A DNA stretch of 51,966 nt from Ktedonobacteraceae bacterium (GCA_035716135.1 DASTKD010000594.1:1-51966), one strand, 5' to 3'. Positions 7,833 through 16,592 are shown, counted from the first letter of the stretch. Notes: generated by a model from the sequence alone, not told the origin. Program-made: numbers and translations.

Positions 7833-8180
7833 GTGGATACAATACTACAACGATTAACCGACCTTGATGAGATTACCGGCGCTTTGATTATTGGCAAGGA
7901 TGGGCTGATCGTTTCCGGCGCGCTGCCAGGTGATGATGAGGATATGTTGGGGGCTATGTCAGCAGCCGTCTTCGGCTCCGTCGCCAATTTCACCTTGCAG
8001 GCCGTGCATGGCGAAACGCAGCACGTCATCATCGAGACGCACACCGGCACCGTGCAGTTTGCCGAGGTAGGCGATCTTATCCTCGTTATCACCACCGGCC
8101 CTGGCAGCAATGCCGGCCGTGTGCGTCTCGAAATGAAAAAAGCCAGTCAACAACTCGCGGCGCTGGTTGCATCCTACTAA
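7833..8180 (+). CDS. Roadblock/LC7 (MglB-like) domain protein
   Basis: ITGALIIGKDGLIVSGALPGDDEDMLGAMSAAVFG...GDLILVITTGPGSNAGRVRLEM matches the Roadblock/LC7 pattern. GTG start 19 nt after the TPR gene stop, with AGGAGA upstream. Confidence 0.85.
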   Translation: MDTILQRLTDLDEITGALIIGKDGLIVSGALPGDDEDMLGAMSAAVFGSVANFTLQAVHGETQHVIIETHTGTVQFAEVGDLILVITTGPGSNAGRVRLEMKKASQQLAALVASY

Positions 8181-8608
8181 CCCGTCAACGCCTGATTACA
8201 TGTTACCGACTGAATAGAGGGATTCAGAATAATGCGAAATGTAGGGCTGATATGCGCGAAGCTGACATGAAGTGCAAAGTAGTCGTTTGATTGTTTCCAT
8301 TCGATTCAAGAAGAGATGCCGCTTAGGTCTCTTCTCACTTGCATTCTTTCCCTATTGCTGGTGGACAGACTCGTAGCAGAAGGTGCTTTCCGTTGCGAAT
8401 TCACCACTCTCTTCCTTTTCATACCAGGATATTTTTCTTCAAGAATCACTAGTATAAAAGTCCTCTCTCTCCCCGTTTCCTGATGGTCTTTCACGTTTGC
8501 TGTGGATAGAGCGAGCAGGAGCACACCTTGACAGACAAAGATGATACCAGCATTGTATTTGCTCCCCGCCTTTCTTGATAGATAGATAAAATGGAGAGAT
8601 GAAGACCA

Positions 8609-9300
8609 ATGAAACGTCAATGGGATATTGAAGAACTGATTGAACACTTTACCCTGGTGGTAGATGACCTGGAATTCCTTGCCAATAAGACGAGCCCGAC
8701 TCGCCCTGGCTGCGCGCTCTTGTTCAAATGCTTCCAATATGAGGGGGCATTTTCCTGCCGCCAAGTACGGCATTCCCAGGTCCGTGGTGGACTATGTCGC
8801 ACATCAACTCAAGCTCGATCCTGCCCTCTATTCCCGGTATGACTGGGGGGACGCACGGTGAAAGGCCACCGGACACAGATTCGAGAGCACATCGAGTTTC
8901 GGGAAGCTACTAACCTCGATACGGATGAGATGACGAGTTGACTCGTTACCGACATCCTTGCCTCCGACCAAAACCTGGAGATGCTCCAGGCGATCGTGAC
9001 CACGCGCTTTCGCGAACTCAAATCGAGTTCCCAACGAACGACCGCATCGAACGGCTGATACGCTCCGGTTGCCACACCTATAAGCAGCAACTGTTTGCAG
9101 AGATTATAAAGCGTCTCCCGCAGTCCACCTACGCCTTGCTCGATGATTTGCTGGCGCGCAGCGTCGCCGTTGCCGAAGAGGAAGAACAAGTCCCGGATGA
9201 TGAGCCGCCAGCCACCACCGCGGAGACACGTCGGACTCCCATTAGACTGCACCCCAGATCTTCTCGTCTCAACTGTTGCTCAGTTACCGAACATCACGCA
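8609..9300 (+). pseudogene. Tn3-family transposase, N-terminal (DUF4158-like) remnant, multiply disrupted and 3'-truncated
   Basis: Stitching three frames gives W.IEELIEHFTL...LFKCFQYEG|HFPAAKYGIPRSVVDYVAHQLKLDPALYSRYDWGDAR|VKGHRTQIREHIEFREAT..EMTS*LVTD...|IEFPTNDRIERLIRSG.... Only about 230 of the roughly 1000 expected codons are present. The right boundary is approximate. Confidence 0.6.
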
Positions 9301-9385
9301 GGCTGTGCTATACTGTTGTGTCACCGTGAGCATGTCCGGTAACCGCATCGATGAGCAGCTGTGCGACAGCAGAGAGGAGTCAGCC

Positions 9386-12300
9386 ATGACTCCCACCGTC
9401 CAGGGCGAGACCCTGGTCTATCGGCAGGACGGGCAGGAGCAGGTCCTGACCGTGGACACTGCTGCCTGGTTTGCCTGGTTGGAGACGGCTTCCACGTTCT
9501 CCTTCGTCAGTGAGACTGGCCGCTTCACCGCGCGCTGTGAGCAGGCTGGTCACAAGCGCGGGGGCTGGTACTGGAAAGCCTACCGCAAACAGCAGGGCAA
9601 GCTCTCCTCTCGCTACCTGGGCAAGTCCGAGACCGTCACGCTGGCGCGTCTCCAGACCGTGGCCCAGGCACTGGCTGCTGCGCTCGACGAGGCCGTCCCT
9701 GACACCGATGCGCAGGAGGCTCGCTCCCCGGCGCAAACCGCAGCACCTGGGATGCGGAGCGATGCACTCACCCCGCTGCTGGCAACTAAGCTCCATCGAC
9801 CCCTGCCACGCACGCACCTCGTGCGCCGTCCCCGGCTGGCTGCACGACTCGCGCAGGGAGTGAGGGGTCCGCTCACGCTCGTCTCGGCCCCCGCGGGCTT
9901 TGGCAAAACGACCCTGCTCGCGCAGTGGTTCGCCGAAAGTGGCATGCCTGTCACCTGGCTCTCACTCGAAGCGGGGGACAACGAGCCGGTGCGCTTCCTC
10001 TCGTATCTCATCGCCGCCCTCCAGACGCTTGACCCCCATCTCGGGGCTAAGGCCTTGACCCTGCTACAGACGCCACACCCAGCAGCAGCAGAGACCGTAC
10101 TCACACTGCTCACCAATGACGTGGGAAGCCATGGGCGGGACGGAGGAGATTTCGCCCTCGTCCTGGACGACTACCATGTCATTGATGCCAAACCGATTGA
10201 CCAGGCCCTCGCCTTTCTGCTCGAGCATCTGCCATCCAGGATGCACCTGGTCGTCGTCACCCGTGAGGATCCACCGCTGCCGTTGGCCCGGTTACGCGCC
10301 GGGGGCCACTTGACCGAAGTGCGCGCCGCTGAGTTGCGGTTTACCGTCTCCGAAGCGGCCGAATTTCTCACGCAGGCAATGGGCCTCTCCCTCGAAGCTC
10401 AAGACATCACGCTCCTTGCAACGCGCACCGAAGGCTGGATTGCCGGCTTGCAATTGGCTGCCATTTCACTGCAGGGACAGGAAAACGCCACCGGCTTCAT
10501 CCGATTGTTCACCGGCAGCCACCATTTCGTGCTGGATTATCTGGTGGAAGAAGTCCTGGGGCAGCAGGACGCTCGCCTCCAGACGTTTTTGCTGCGCACG
10601 TCTCTCCTCGACCGGATGACGGGCTCGCTGTGTGATGCCGTTCTGCTGAACCCCGCTGGTTCCGGGCAAGCAACTCTCGAGTATCTCGAACACGCTAACC
10701 TGTTCCTCGTCCCCCTGGACGACGAGCGGCGCTGGTACCGCTATCACCATCTCTTCGCTGAATTGCTACGACAGCGACTGCAGCAGAGAAGCGCCTCGTC
10801 TACGGGAGATGAGGTGGGGGATGTGAACGAATTGCACCTCCGTGCCAGCCAATGGTATGAAGACCATGGACTGGAGATAGAAGCGTTTCACCATGCGGCA
10901 GCCGCCCATGATGTTGCGCGCGCCGAGCGTCTGATTGAAGGCGAAGGGATGCCCCTGCACTTTCGTGGCGCGGCGGCCCCGGTGCTCAACTGGCTCGAGT
11001 CGCTGCCCAGGACGGTGCTAGATGTCAGACCTTCATTGTGGGTGATGTATGCCTCGACGTTATTGTTTGGCGGGCAACATACCGCCGTCGAACAGAAACT
11101 CCAGGCGGCTGAAGCAGCTCTGCAAGAGGCCGAGCCAGACGACAGGACCAGAGACCTGGTCGGACGTATTGCCTCCATGCGGGCGACGTTGGCTGTCATT
11201 CAACACGACGGAGAAACCATCGTTGCCCAATCGCGCCGCGCCCTGGAATATCTGCACCCCGACAACCTGCCCGTCCGCACGGCCACGACCTGGACGCTGG
11301 GGTATGCCTATCAGCTCCAGGGAGACCGTACTGCAGCGAGAGGGGCGTATACCGAAGTGATAGCTATCGGGAAGTCGTTTGGGGATTCCATCTACACCCT
11401 GGCGGCTACTATCAATTTGGGCCAGGTACAGGAAGCCGACAACCACCTCTCTCTGGCGGCCGAGAGCTACCGGCGCTGCCTGCAACTGGCCGGTGATCCG
11501 CCGCAGGGGATGGCTTGCGAAGCGCATCTTGGTCTGGCCCGTATCTGCTACGAATGGAATGACCTGGAGGAAGCTTCGCAGCAGGGACAACAGAGTGCCG
11601 AACTCGCGCGGCAGATAAACGTCGACACCGCCGCTGCCTGCGGGGTATTGCTCGCCCGCCTGAGACTCGCCCAGGGCGATGTGTCCGGCGCGGTCTCTGT
11701 TCTGGATGATGCCGAAGCGTTCGTGCGTCGGCATAACTTCGTGTTTCGGATGCCTGACGTTGCGGCAGCACAAGTGCTGACGTTGCTTCGCCAGGGCCAC
11801 CTGGCGGCAGCCGCTCATCTGGCGCATTTGCACGACCTCCCCCTCAGCCAGGCCCGGGTCTACCTGGCCCAGAGAGACCCGTCCACAGCATTGGCGGTGC
11901 TTTTGCCCTGTCGTCGGCAGGCGGAGGCCAGGGGGTGGCAGGATGAACTGCTCAAGGTGATGGTGCTCCAGGCGGTCGCTCTCTATATGCATGGCGAACA
12001 GGATCAGGCGGTGCATCTGCTCGGTGACGCGCTGGCGCTCGCCGCGCCGGGCGGCTTTATCCGTCTCTTTGTCGATGAAGGCCCCCCGATGGCGCACCTC
12101 TTGTCCAAAGCACAGGCTCGTGGGATGCTGCCGGACTATCTCGGCAAGTTGCTGGCTATACTTAAAGCGGAGGCGCAGAAGCGCGAACACACCTCTGCTC
12201 TGCCCCTACCTGCCGGGCGAATGTTCGAGCCACTCAGCCCACGCGAGTTGGAAGTCCTCCACCTCATGGCTGCCGGACTCTCCAATCAGGAGATGTGCGA

Positions 12301-12418
12301 GCGGCTGTTTCTCGCCTTGAGTACGGTGAAAGGACACAATCGGACGATCTTTGGCAAGCTACAGGTCCAACGGCGCACCGAAGCGGTCGCCCGTGCTCGC
12401 GAGTTGGGTCTGGTATAG
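9386..12418 (+). CDS. LAL/MalT-type STAND ATPase regulator with a C-terminal LuxR HTH (copy 1)
   Basis: Walker A VSAPAGFGKTTLL, Walker B ALVLDDYH, a long helical/TPR-like sensor region, and C-terminal LSPRELEVLHLMAAGLSNQEMCERLFLALSTVKGHNRTIFGKL. ATG 9386 has GAGAGGAG upstream. The upstream part of the track ORF (from 9143) is read-through of the transposase remnant. Confidence 0.9.
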   Translation: MTPTVQGETLVYRQDGQEQVLTVDTAAWFAWLETASTFSFVSETGRFTARCEQAGHKRGGWYWKAYRKQQGKLSSRYLGKSETVTLARLQTVAQALAAALDEAVPDTDAQEARSPAQTAAPGMRSDALTPLLATKLHRPLPRTHLVRRPRLAARLAQGVRGPLTLVSAPAGFGKTTLLAQWFAESGMPVTWLSLEAGDNEPVRFLSYLIAALQTLDPHLGAKALTLLQTPHPAAAETVLTLLTNDVGSHGRDGGDFALVLDDYHVIDAKPIDQALAFLLEHLPSRMHLVVVTREDPPLPLARLRAGGHLTEVRAAELRFTVSEAAEFLTQAMGLSLEAQDITLLATRTEGWIAGLQLAAISLQGQENATGFIRLFTGSHHFVLDYLVEEVLGQQDARLQTFLLRTSLLDRMTGSLCDAVLLNPAGSGQATLEYLEHANLFLVPLDDERRWYRYHHLFAELLRQRLQQRSASSTGDEVGDVNELHLRASQWYEDHGLEIEAFHHAAAAHDVARAERLIEGEGMPLHFRGAAAPVLNWLESLPRTVLDVRPSLWVMYASTLLFGGQHTAVEQKLQAAEAALQEAEPDDRTRDLVGRIASMRATLAVIQHDGETIVAQSRRALEYLHPDNLPVRTATTWTLGYAYQLQGDRTAARGAYTEVIAIGKSFGDSIYTLAATINLGQVQEADNHLSLAAESYRRCLQLAGDPPQGMACEAHLGLARICYEWNDLEEASQQGQQSAELARQINVDTAAACGVLLARLRLAQGDVSGAVSVLDDAEAFVRRHNFVFRMPDVAAAQVLTLLRQGHLAAAAHLAHLHDLPLSQARVYLAQRDPSTALAVLLPCRRQAEARGWQDELLKVMVLQAVALYMHGEQDQAVHLLGDALALAAPGGFIRLFVDEGPPMAHLLSKAQARGMLPDYLGKLLAILKAEAQKREHTSALPLPAGRMFEPLSPRELEVLHLMAAGLSNQEMCERLFLALSTVKGHNRTIFGKLQVQRRTEAVARARELGLV

Positions 12419-12457
12419 TCTTGCCCACACATGCGGGTATCTCAACATCTCAGTCCT

Positions 12458-12550
12458 CCCACAATACTCCTTTCAGTATCTCTCTGTTCCTGCCGTAGAG
12501 AAGAGAGAACCATACCCCAAACACTCCTTTAGTATCTCTCTATTCCTCCA
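12458..12550 (+). repeat. two copies of a roughly 26-36-nt direct repeat, period 57 bp
   Basis: ACTCCTTTCAGTATCTCTCTGTTCCT (12466-12491) against ACTCCTTT-AGTATCTCTCTATTCCT (12523-12547), with similarity extending about 8 nt 5' of each. It sits between the LAL stop and the next operon. Confidence 0.7.
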
Positions 12551-12644
12551 GTGAAGCAGCTATACTCCTTGCATAGAAGAGACACGACTTCTACATGAAG
12601 CAAGTGGCGCAGACGGAGATGATCGGCCACACCAGGAAAGGGTC

Positions 12645-12920
12645 ATGTCAAACGAAAGCCAACGCGAGGCAAGTGAAAAGGCTCAAGCACTGGTCTATCA
12701 GATCAGAATCAAGGGCCATCTGGGTCCTGAATGGTCAGATTGGTTTGGGGGGCTGAGCATTACTTTAGAAGACAACGGCGAAACGCTGTTAACCGGTCCG
12801 GTGGTCGATCAGTCTGCGTTACACGGCGTGCTCAGAAAAGTGCGTGATCTAGGCATGCTCCTGGTCTCAGCCATTCTCGTTACACCCGGCCAGGCAGAGG
12901 AGTCAGATGTCAAACACTGA
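12645..12920 (+). CDS. small conserved hypothetical protein (91 aa)
   Basis: The pattern YQIRIKGHLGPEWSDWFGGLSITLEDNGETLLTGPVVDQSALHGVLRKVRDLGMLLVS is one I recall from uncharacterised ~90-aa proteins of Actinobacteria and Chloroflexota. SD GGAAAGGG lies upstream. Confidence 0.7.
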   Translation: MSNESQREASEKAQALVYQIRIKGHLGPEWSDWFGGLSITLEDNGETLLTGPVVDQSALHGVLRKVRDLGMLLVSAILVTPGQAEESDVKH

Positions 12921-13078
12921 ATTGAGGCAAGCTGCGCGAGACAAGCAGCTGATCGTATTGGAAATATTGCTGCACAGGAATCGTGGCCTGGCAGCGTGAG
13001 AAAGAGAGCATTGTAATGACACAAACCGATTCAAAGACCCCACAAGCAGACCAGTTTCATGTAGCGAGTGGAGACACT

Positions 13079-14071
13079 ATGAAAGCCATTGTCTACACAC
13101 ACTACGGATCACCGGAGGTGCTTCAGTTCAAAGAGGTAGCAAAACCTACTCCCAGGGACAATGAAGTCCTGGTACACGTGCATGCGGCATCCGTCAATGC
13201 AGCGGACCTGCATTTCCTGAGAGCTGACCCGTTCCTTATGCGCCTCTGGAGCGGGCTTCTCAAACCAAAGCATCACATCCTCGGAGCTGCCATAGCGGGG
13301 CGGGTTGAAGCGGTTGGCAGGAACGTCACGCAGATTCAGCCAGGTGATGAGGTATTCGGAGACCTCTCCGAGTGTGGTCTGGGCGGGTTTGCCGAGTATG
13401 TGTGTGCGAGTGAAGAAGCCCTGGCGTTGAAACCAGCTCATGTGACCTTCGAGCAAGCAGCGGCTGTTCCTCTCGCGGCAGTTACCGCCTTGCAGGGCCT
13501 GCAATCTAAAGGACACATTCAGGCGGGACAAAAGGTGTTGATTCATGGTGCATCTGGCGGCGTGGGTACGTTTGCAGTACAGATTGCCAAAGCATTCGGG
13601 GCTGAAGTCACGGCCGTGTGCAGCACCAGGAATGTGGATGCGATACGCTCGATGGGTGCCGACCATGTCATTGATTACACGCAAGAAGACTTCACTCACA
13701 ATGGGCAACAGTACGACTTGATTGTTGCTGCGAACGGCAATCGTTCCATTTCCGAGTACAAGCGGGCCTTACGCCCCAACGGAACGTATGTCATGACCGG
13801 CGGGTCCAACAAGCAAGTGTTCCAGGCCATGCTCCTGGGGCCCTGGATATCCAGGACCGGGACGAAGAAAATGGGCAACTTGATGGCGAAACCAAACACC
13901 GAAGATTTGAGGTTTGTGAAAGAGCTGCTTGAAGCTGGCAGAGTGATTCCTGTCATCGAGAGTTGTTACCCGTTACGTGAGACGGCTGAAGCTCTCCGGT
14001 ATCTGGAAGCTGGACACGCCCGAGGAAAAGTCGTCATCACGGTAGACCAGAACAACAACACCTCACGGTAA
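13079..14071 (+). CDS. medium-chain dehydrogenase/reductase (zinc-type alcohol dehydrogenase / quinone oxidoreductase family)
   Basis: MKAIVYTHYGSPEVLQFKEV..., Rossmann motif VLIHGASGGVGTFAVQIAK, and C-terminal GHARGKVVI. ATG 13079 follows GTGGAG. Alternative upstream starts exist at 13016 and 12983. Confidence 0.9.
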   Translation: MKAIVYTHYGSPEVLQFKEVAKPTPRDNEVLVHVHAASVNAADLHFLRADPFLMRLWSGLLKPKHHILGAAIAGRVEAVGRNVTQIQPGDEVFGDLSECGLGGFAEYVCASEEALALKPAHVTFEQAAAVPLAAVTALQGLQSKGHIQAGQKVLIHGASGGVGTFAVQIAKAFGAEVTAVCSTRNVDAIRSMGADHVIDYTQEDFTHNGQQYDLIVAANGNRSISEYKRALRPNGTYVMTGGSNKQVFQAMLLGPWISRTGTKKMGNLMAKPNTEDLRFVKELLEAGRVIPVIESCYPLRETAEALRYLEAGHARGKVVITVDQNNNTSR

Positions 14072-14129
14072 ATCTCACCGTGGGCATTCCACAATGTACA
14101 CCATTTGTCTGGCATCGAAGGAGGATTCA

Positions 14130-14882
14130 ATGAAGCAAACCATCTTGTCTAGAAGTTCAAGCAGCCCCGAACTGGTCGGCACTGGTGAATCGTTGAAAAG
14201 GAGTGTGCTGACGGGGCATCGCATGGCGGTTTCGAGGGTGATCGGAGCGCTGTTTCTATGCGGGTTCCTCCTCTACGGAGTCGGCAGCGTCCTGGTGACT
14301 TCCGTTACCGGCGGCTCGAACTTTCTCTCGACGATCTCCGCAAACAAGACCATCTTGATCCTCGGAGCCTTTCTGATCCTGTTGAACACCGCCGTGGATG
14401 TGGGAAAGGCGGTGCTGTTCTTCCCGATCCTGGAGAAGCATGGCAAGAGAACCGCGCAGGGCTACGTAGCCACAATGATCGTCGAGGTGGTCTTTCTGAG
14501 CCTCGGGGCGCTCGCTCTTCTGATGATCGTTCCCCTGGGCCAGCACGCCGCGGAGGGTTGGGCCAATAGCCTCGGGTCACTCCTGGTCCAGTCGAACACT
14601 ATGGCCTACCAGATTGGCGAGGCAGTGCTCGGATTCGGGGCCCTCTTCCTGTGTGCGCTGCTGTTCCGCACTCGACTGATCCCCGCATGGCTGGCGATTT
14701 CGGGCTTGATCGGCTACGCGTGTCTCATGACGGGGAGCATCGCTGAGACCCTCGGGATCCACATCGGCCTCATCGCCGGACTCCCGCCGCTCACGATCCC
14801 CGGTTTCTTCTTTGAGCTGGTACTGCCCTTCTGGCTCTTCTTCAAGGGTTTCCAGCCCGAGGCCTACGATCAGGATGCGTGA
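14130..14882 (+). CDS. polytopic membrane protein (DUF4386-like)
   Basis: About six hydrophobic helices. Strong SD GAAGGAGG before ATG 14130. The family assignment is from memory only. Confidence 0.75.
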   Translation: MKQTILSRSSSSPELVGTGESLKRSVLTGHRMAVSRVIGALFLCGFLLYGVGSVLVTSVTGGSNFLSTISANKTILILGAFLILLNTAVDVGKAVLFFPILEKHGKRTAQGYVATMIVEVVFLSLGALALLMIVPLGQHAAEGWANSLGSLLVQSNTMAYQIGEAVLGFGALFLCALLFRTRLIPAWLAISGLIGYACLMTGSIAETLGIHIGLIAGLPPLTIPGFFFELVLPFWLFFKGFQPEAYDQDA

Positions 14883-14988
14883 GACCGAAAGCAGAGGAAA
14901 CGTGGTCATACGTATGGGAACTGCTCAGGCGCGCGCTGACTTCTCACCGGCCTGGGCAGTTGCAACGAAAGAAGAAGTGGAGAATACG

Positions 14989-15864
14989 ATGATACCTACA
15001 ACCATGGAAGGCAGGACTTGTCTGATTACCGGCGGCACCAATGGAATCGGGAAAAGTACCGCTCTTGGCCTCGCCAAAATGGGCGCAACGGTCGTCATTG
15101 TAGGACGCAACACCCCGAAGACCGCTCAGGTTGTCGAAGCAATCCGCGCCGCCAGTGGGAACAACAACGTGGACTTCCTGCTGGCCGATTTATCATCGCA
15201 GCAGGAAGTCCGGCGGTTAGCAGACGAGTTCAAGCGTAAATACCTACACCTTCATGTCTTGCTCAACAACGCCGGCGCTGCGTTCTTACAACGCCAACTC
15301 AGCGTGGATGGCATTGAAATGACCTTTGCCCTCAATCACCTCGCTCCTTTCCTGCTGACGAATGTGCTGCTAGATACCCTGAAAGCCAGTACCCCGGCCC
15401 GTATCATCAATGTGTCGTCGAGTGCGCATACCTCCGGGAAAATCGAGTTCGACAACCTGCAAGGCGAACGGACCTACGGATTCGGAGCGTATCCCAATGC
15501 AAAACTGGCGAATATCCTGTTTACGATGGAACTGGCCCGCTGCGTAGAAGGAAGCGGAGTCACCGTCAATGCGCTGCATCCGGGCTTTACGGCAACGGGT
15601 TTCGGGAAAAACAATGGTAAGGTCATGGCCGCCCTCGTCAGCATCGTGGCACCACTGGTGGCGCGTTCCCCGGAAAAAGGCGCGGAAACGTCGATCTACC
15701 TGGCCTCTTCACCCAGCGTGGAGGGCATGACGGGAAAGTATTTCTACAACTCGCATGTGACCCGTGTCGCACCACAAGCCACCGATATGGTGGTTGCCAG
15801 GAAATTATGGGAGGTGAGCGCCGAGCTGGTTCATCTACCCGATGGCCTGCCACTACAGACATAA
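14989..15864 (+). CDS. short-chain dehydrogenase/reductase (SDR), retinol-dehydrogenase-like
   Basis: TCLITGGTNGIGKSTA (TGxxxGxG), NNAG, and the YxxxK region (YPNAKLANI). ATG 14989 with GTGGAGA upstream. Confidence 0.9.
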   Translation: MIPTTMEGRTCLITGGTNGIGKSTALGLAKMGATVVIVGRNTPKTAQVVEAIRAASGNNNVDFLLADLSSQQEVRRLADEFKRKYLHLHVLLNNAGAAFLQRQLSVDGIEMTFALNHLAPFLLTNVLLDTLKASTPARIINVSSSAHTSGKIEFDNLQGERTYGFGAYPNAKLANILFTMELARCVEGSGVTVNALHPGFTATGFGKNNGKVMAALVSIVAPLVARSPEKGAETSIYLASSPSVEGMTGKYFYNSHVTRVAPQATDMVVARKLWEVSAELVHLPDGLPLQT

Positions 15865-16109
15865 CCCGCGTGATGCGCAGCGAGTTGTAACCAGGCTAAC
15901 GACGAAAATGTCCTGGAAGCAGCTTGAATAGAATTCTCTCATCGGCCTTCTATCCCTTCATCAGTCTGAGCTTTTCTTTCACCTGCGCACGGCTGACCTG
16001 AGTATACCTGACGGTCGTTTGGCTGGCAGGAGTTCCTTTCATGGTGACATGTCCCAGATAAAATGGGGTAGTTTCTAAACAAAATGCCTGGGAACAGGAG
16101 AAAACTTAT

Positions 16110-16403
16110 TCAACGAGCAGGTGTAGGGGCTTCTTCAAAAGAGGTTTTCCTGGATTCTGTCTTCTTTTTCGCGTGTGTATTGTTATTTGCCAGACGCCAG
16201 CAGCATGTTTTACTATGTAAACAGCGCTCTTGTTCCTCATGCGTAATGGGCGGCGTTCCTTTCATACAGAACACCTGATACATAGGCTCGCCTGCCATCA
16301 CGTCATTGCAGGGGAACCAGCGTTCCCTGTAAAACGGGCAAGCATTCCTGTGCTTCCGCCAGTTTGAATTTTCAGATGGATTCGTCTCGATAGTACCAGC
16401 CAA
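16110..16403 (-). CDS. possible small Cys-rich protein (97 aa, TTG start)
   Basis: GAGGAAGGA SD 6-7 nt before the TTG. Six Cys residues (CPFYRERWFPC...C...C.....CC). No family recognised, and it lies in an AT-rich spacer. Confidence 0.3.
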   Translation of the reverse strand: MAGTIETNPSENSNWRKHRNACPFYRERWFPCNDVMAGEPMYQVFCMKGTPPITHEEQERCLHSKTCCWRLANNNTHAKKKTESRKTSFEEAPTPAR

Positions 16404-16592
16404 AAAAGCTTCCTTCCTCGCTAATAATTCCTGGGAGTCATTTTGTGTTGAAGGTAGTATACCATACTTTCGCCCAAATCTCCCCTCAAAAACGCATGTA
16501 TTTTTACCCTGTTCTTCTCACTCTATCCGCCTGTGATAAGATATGATTAGCCTGAATACAACCAATCAAAACAAGCAATAGAGGATACTTTT

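Noticed and set aside
8306-8773. 155-aa minus-strand ORF in the spacer before the transposase remnant
   Set aside because: It has no SD and no motifs, overlaps the recognisable DUF4158 remnant on the other strand, and lies in AT-rich non-coding-looking sequence.
11060-12190. 376-aa ORF antisense to LAL copy 1. Similar antisense ORFs lie at 9613-10116, 6787-7539, 13109-13708, 17999-18619, 33408-33956, 42586-43275 and 49889-50518.
   Set aside because: Each lies entirely inside a strongly supported gene on the other strand. They have an Arg/Gly/Pro-biased composition and no recognisable domains.
12565-12576. The 12-mer CTCCTTGCATAG is shared between the repeat region (12565-12576) and the spacer upstream of the last ECF sigma gene (51604-51615)
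   Set aside because: A single exact 12-mer match is expected by chance many times in a 52-kb window read on both strands, and the flanks do not align.
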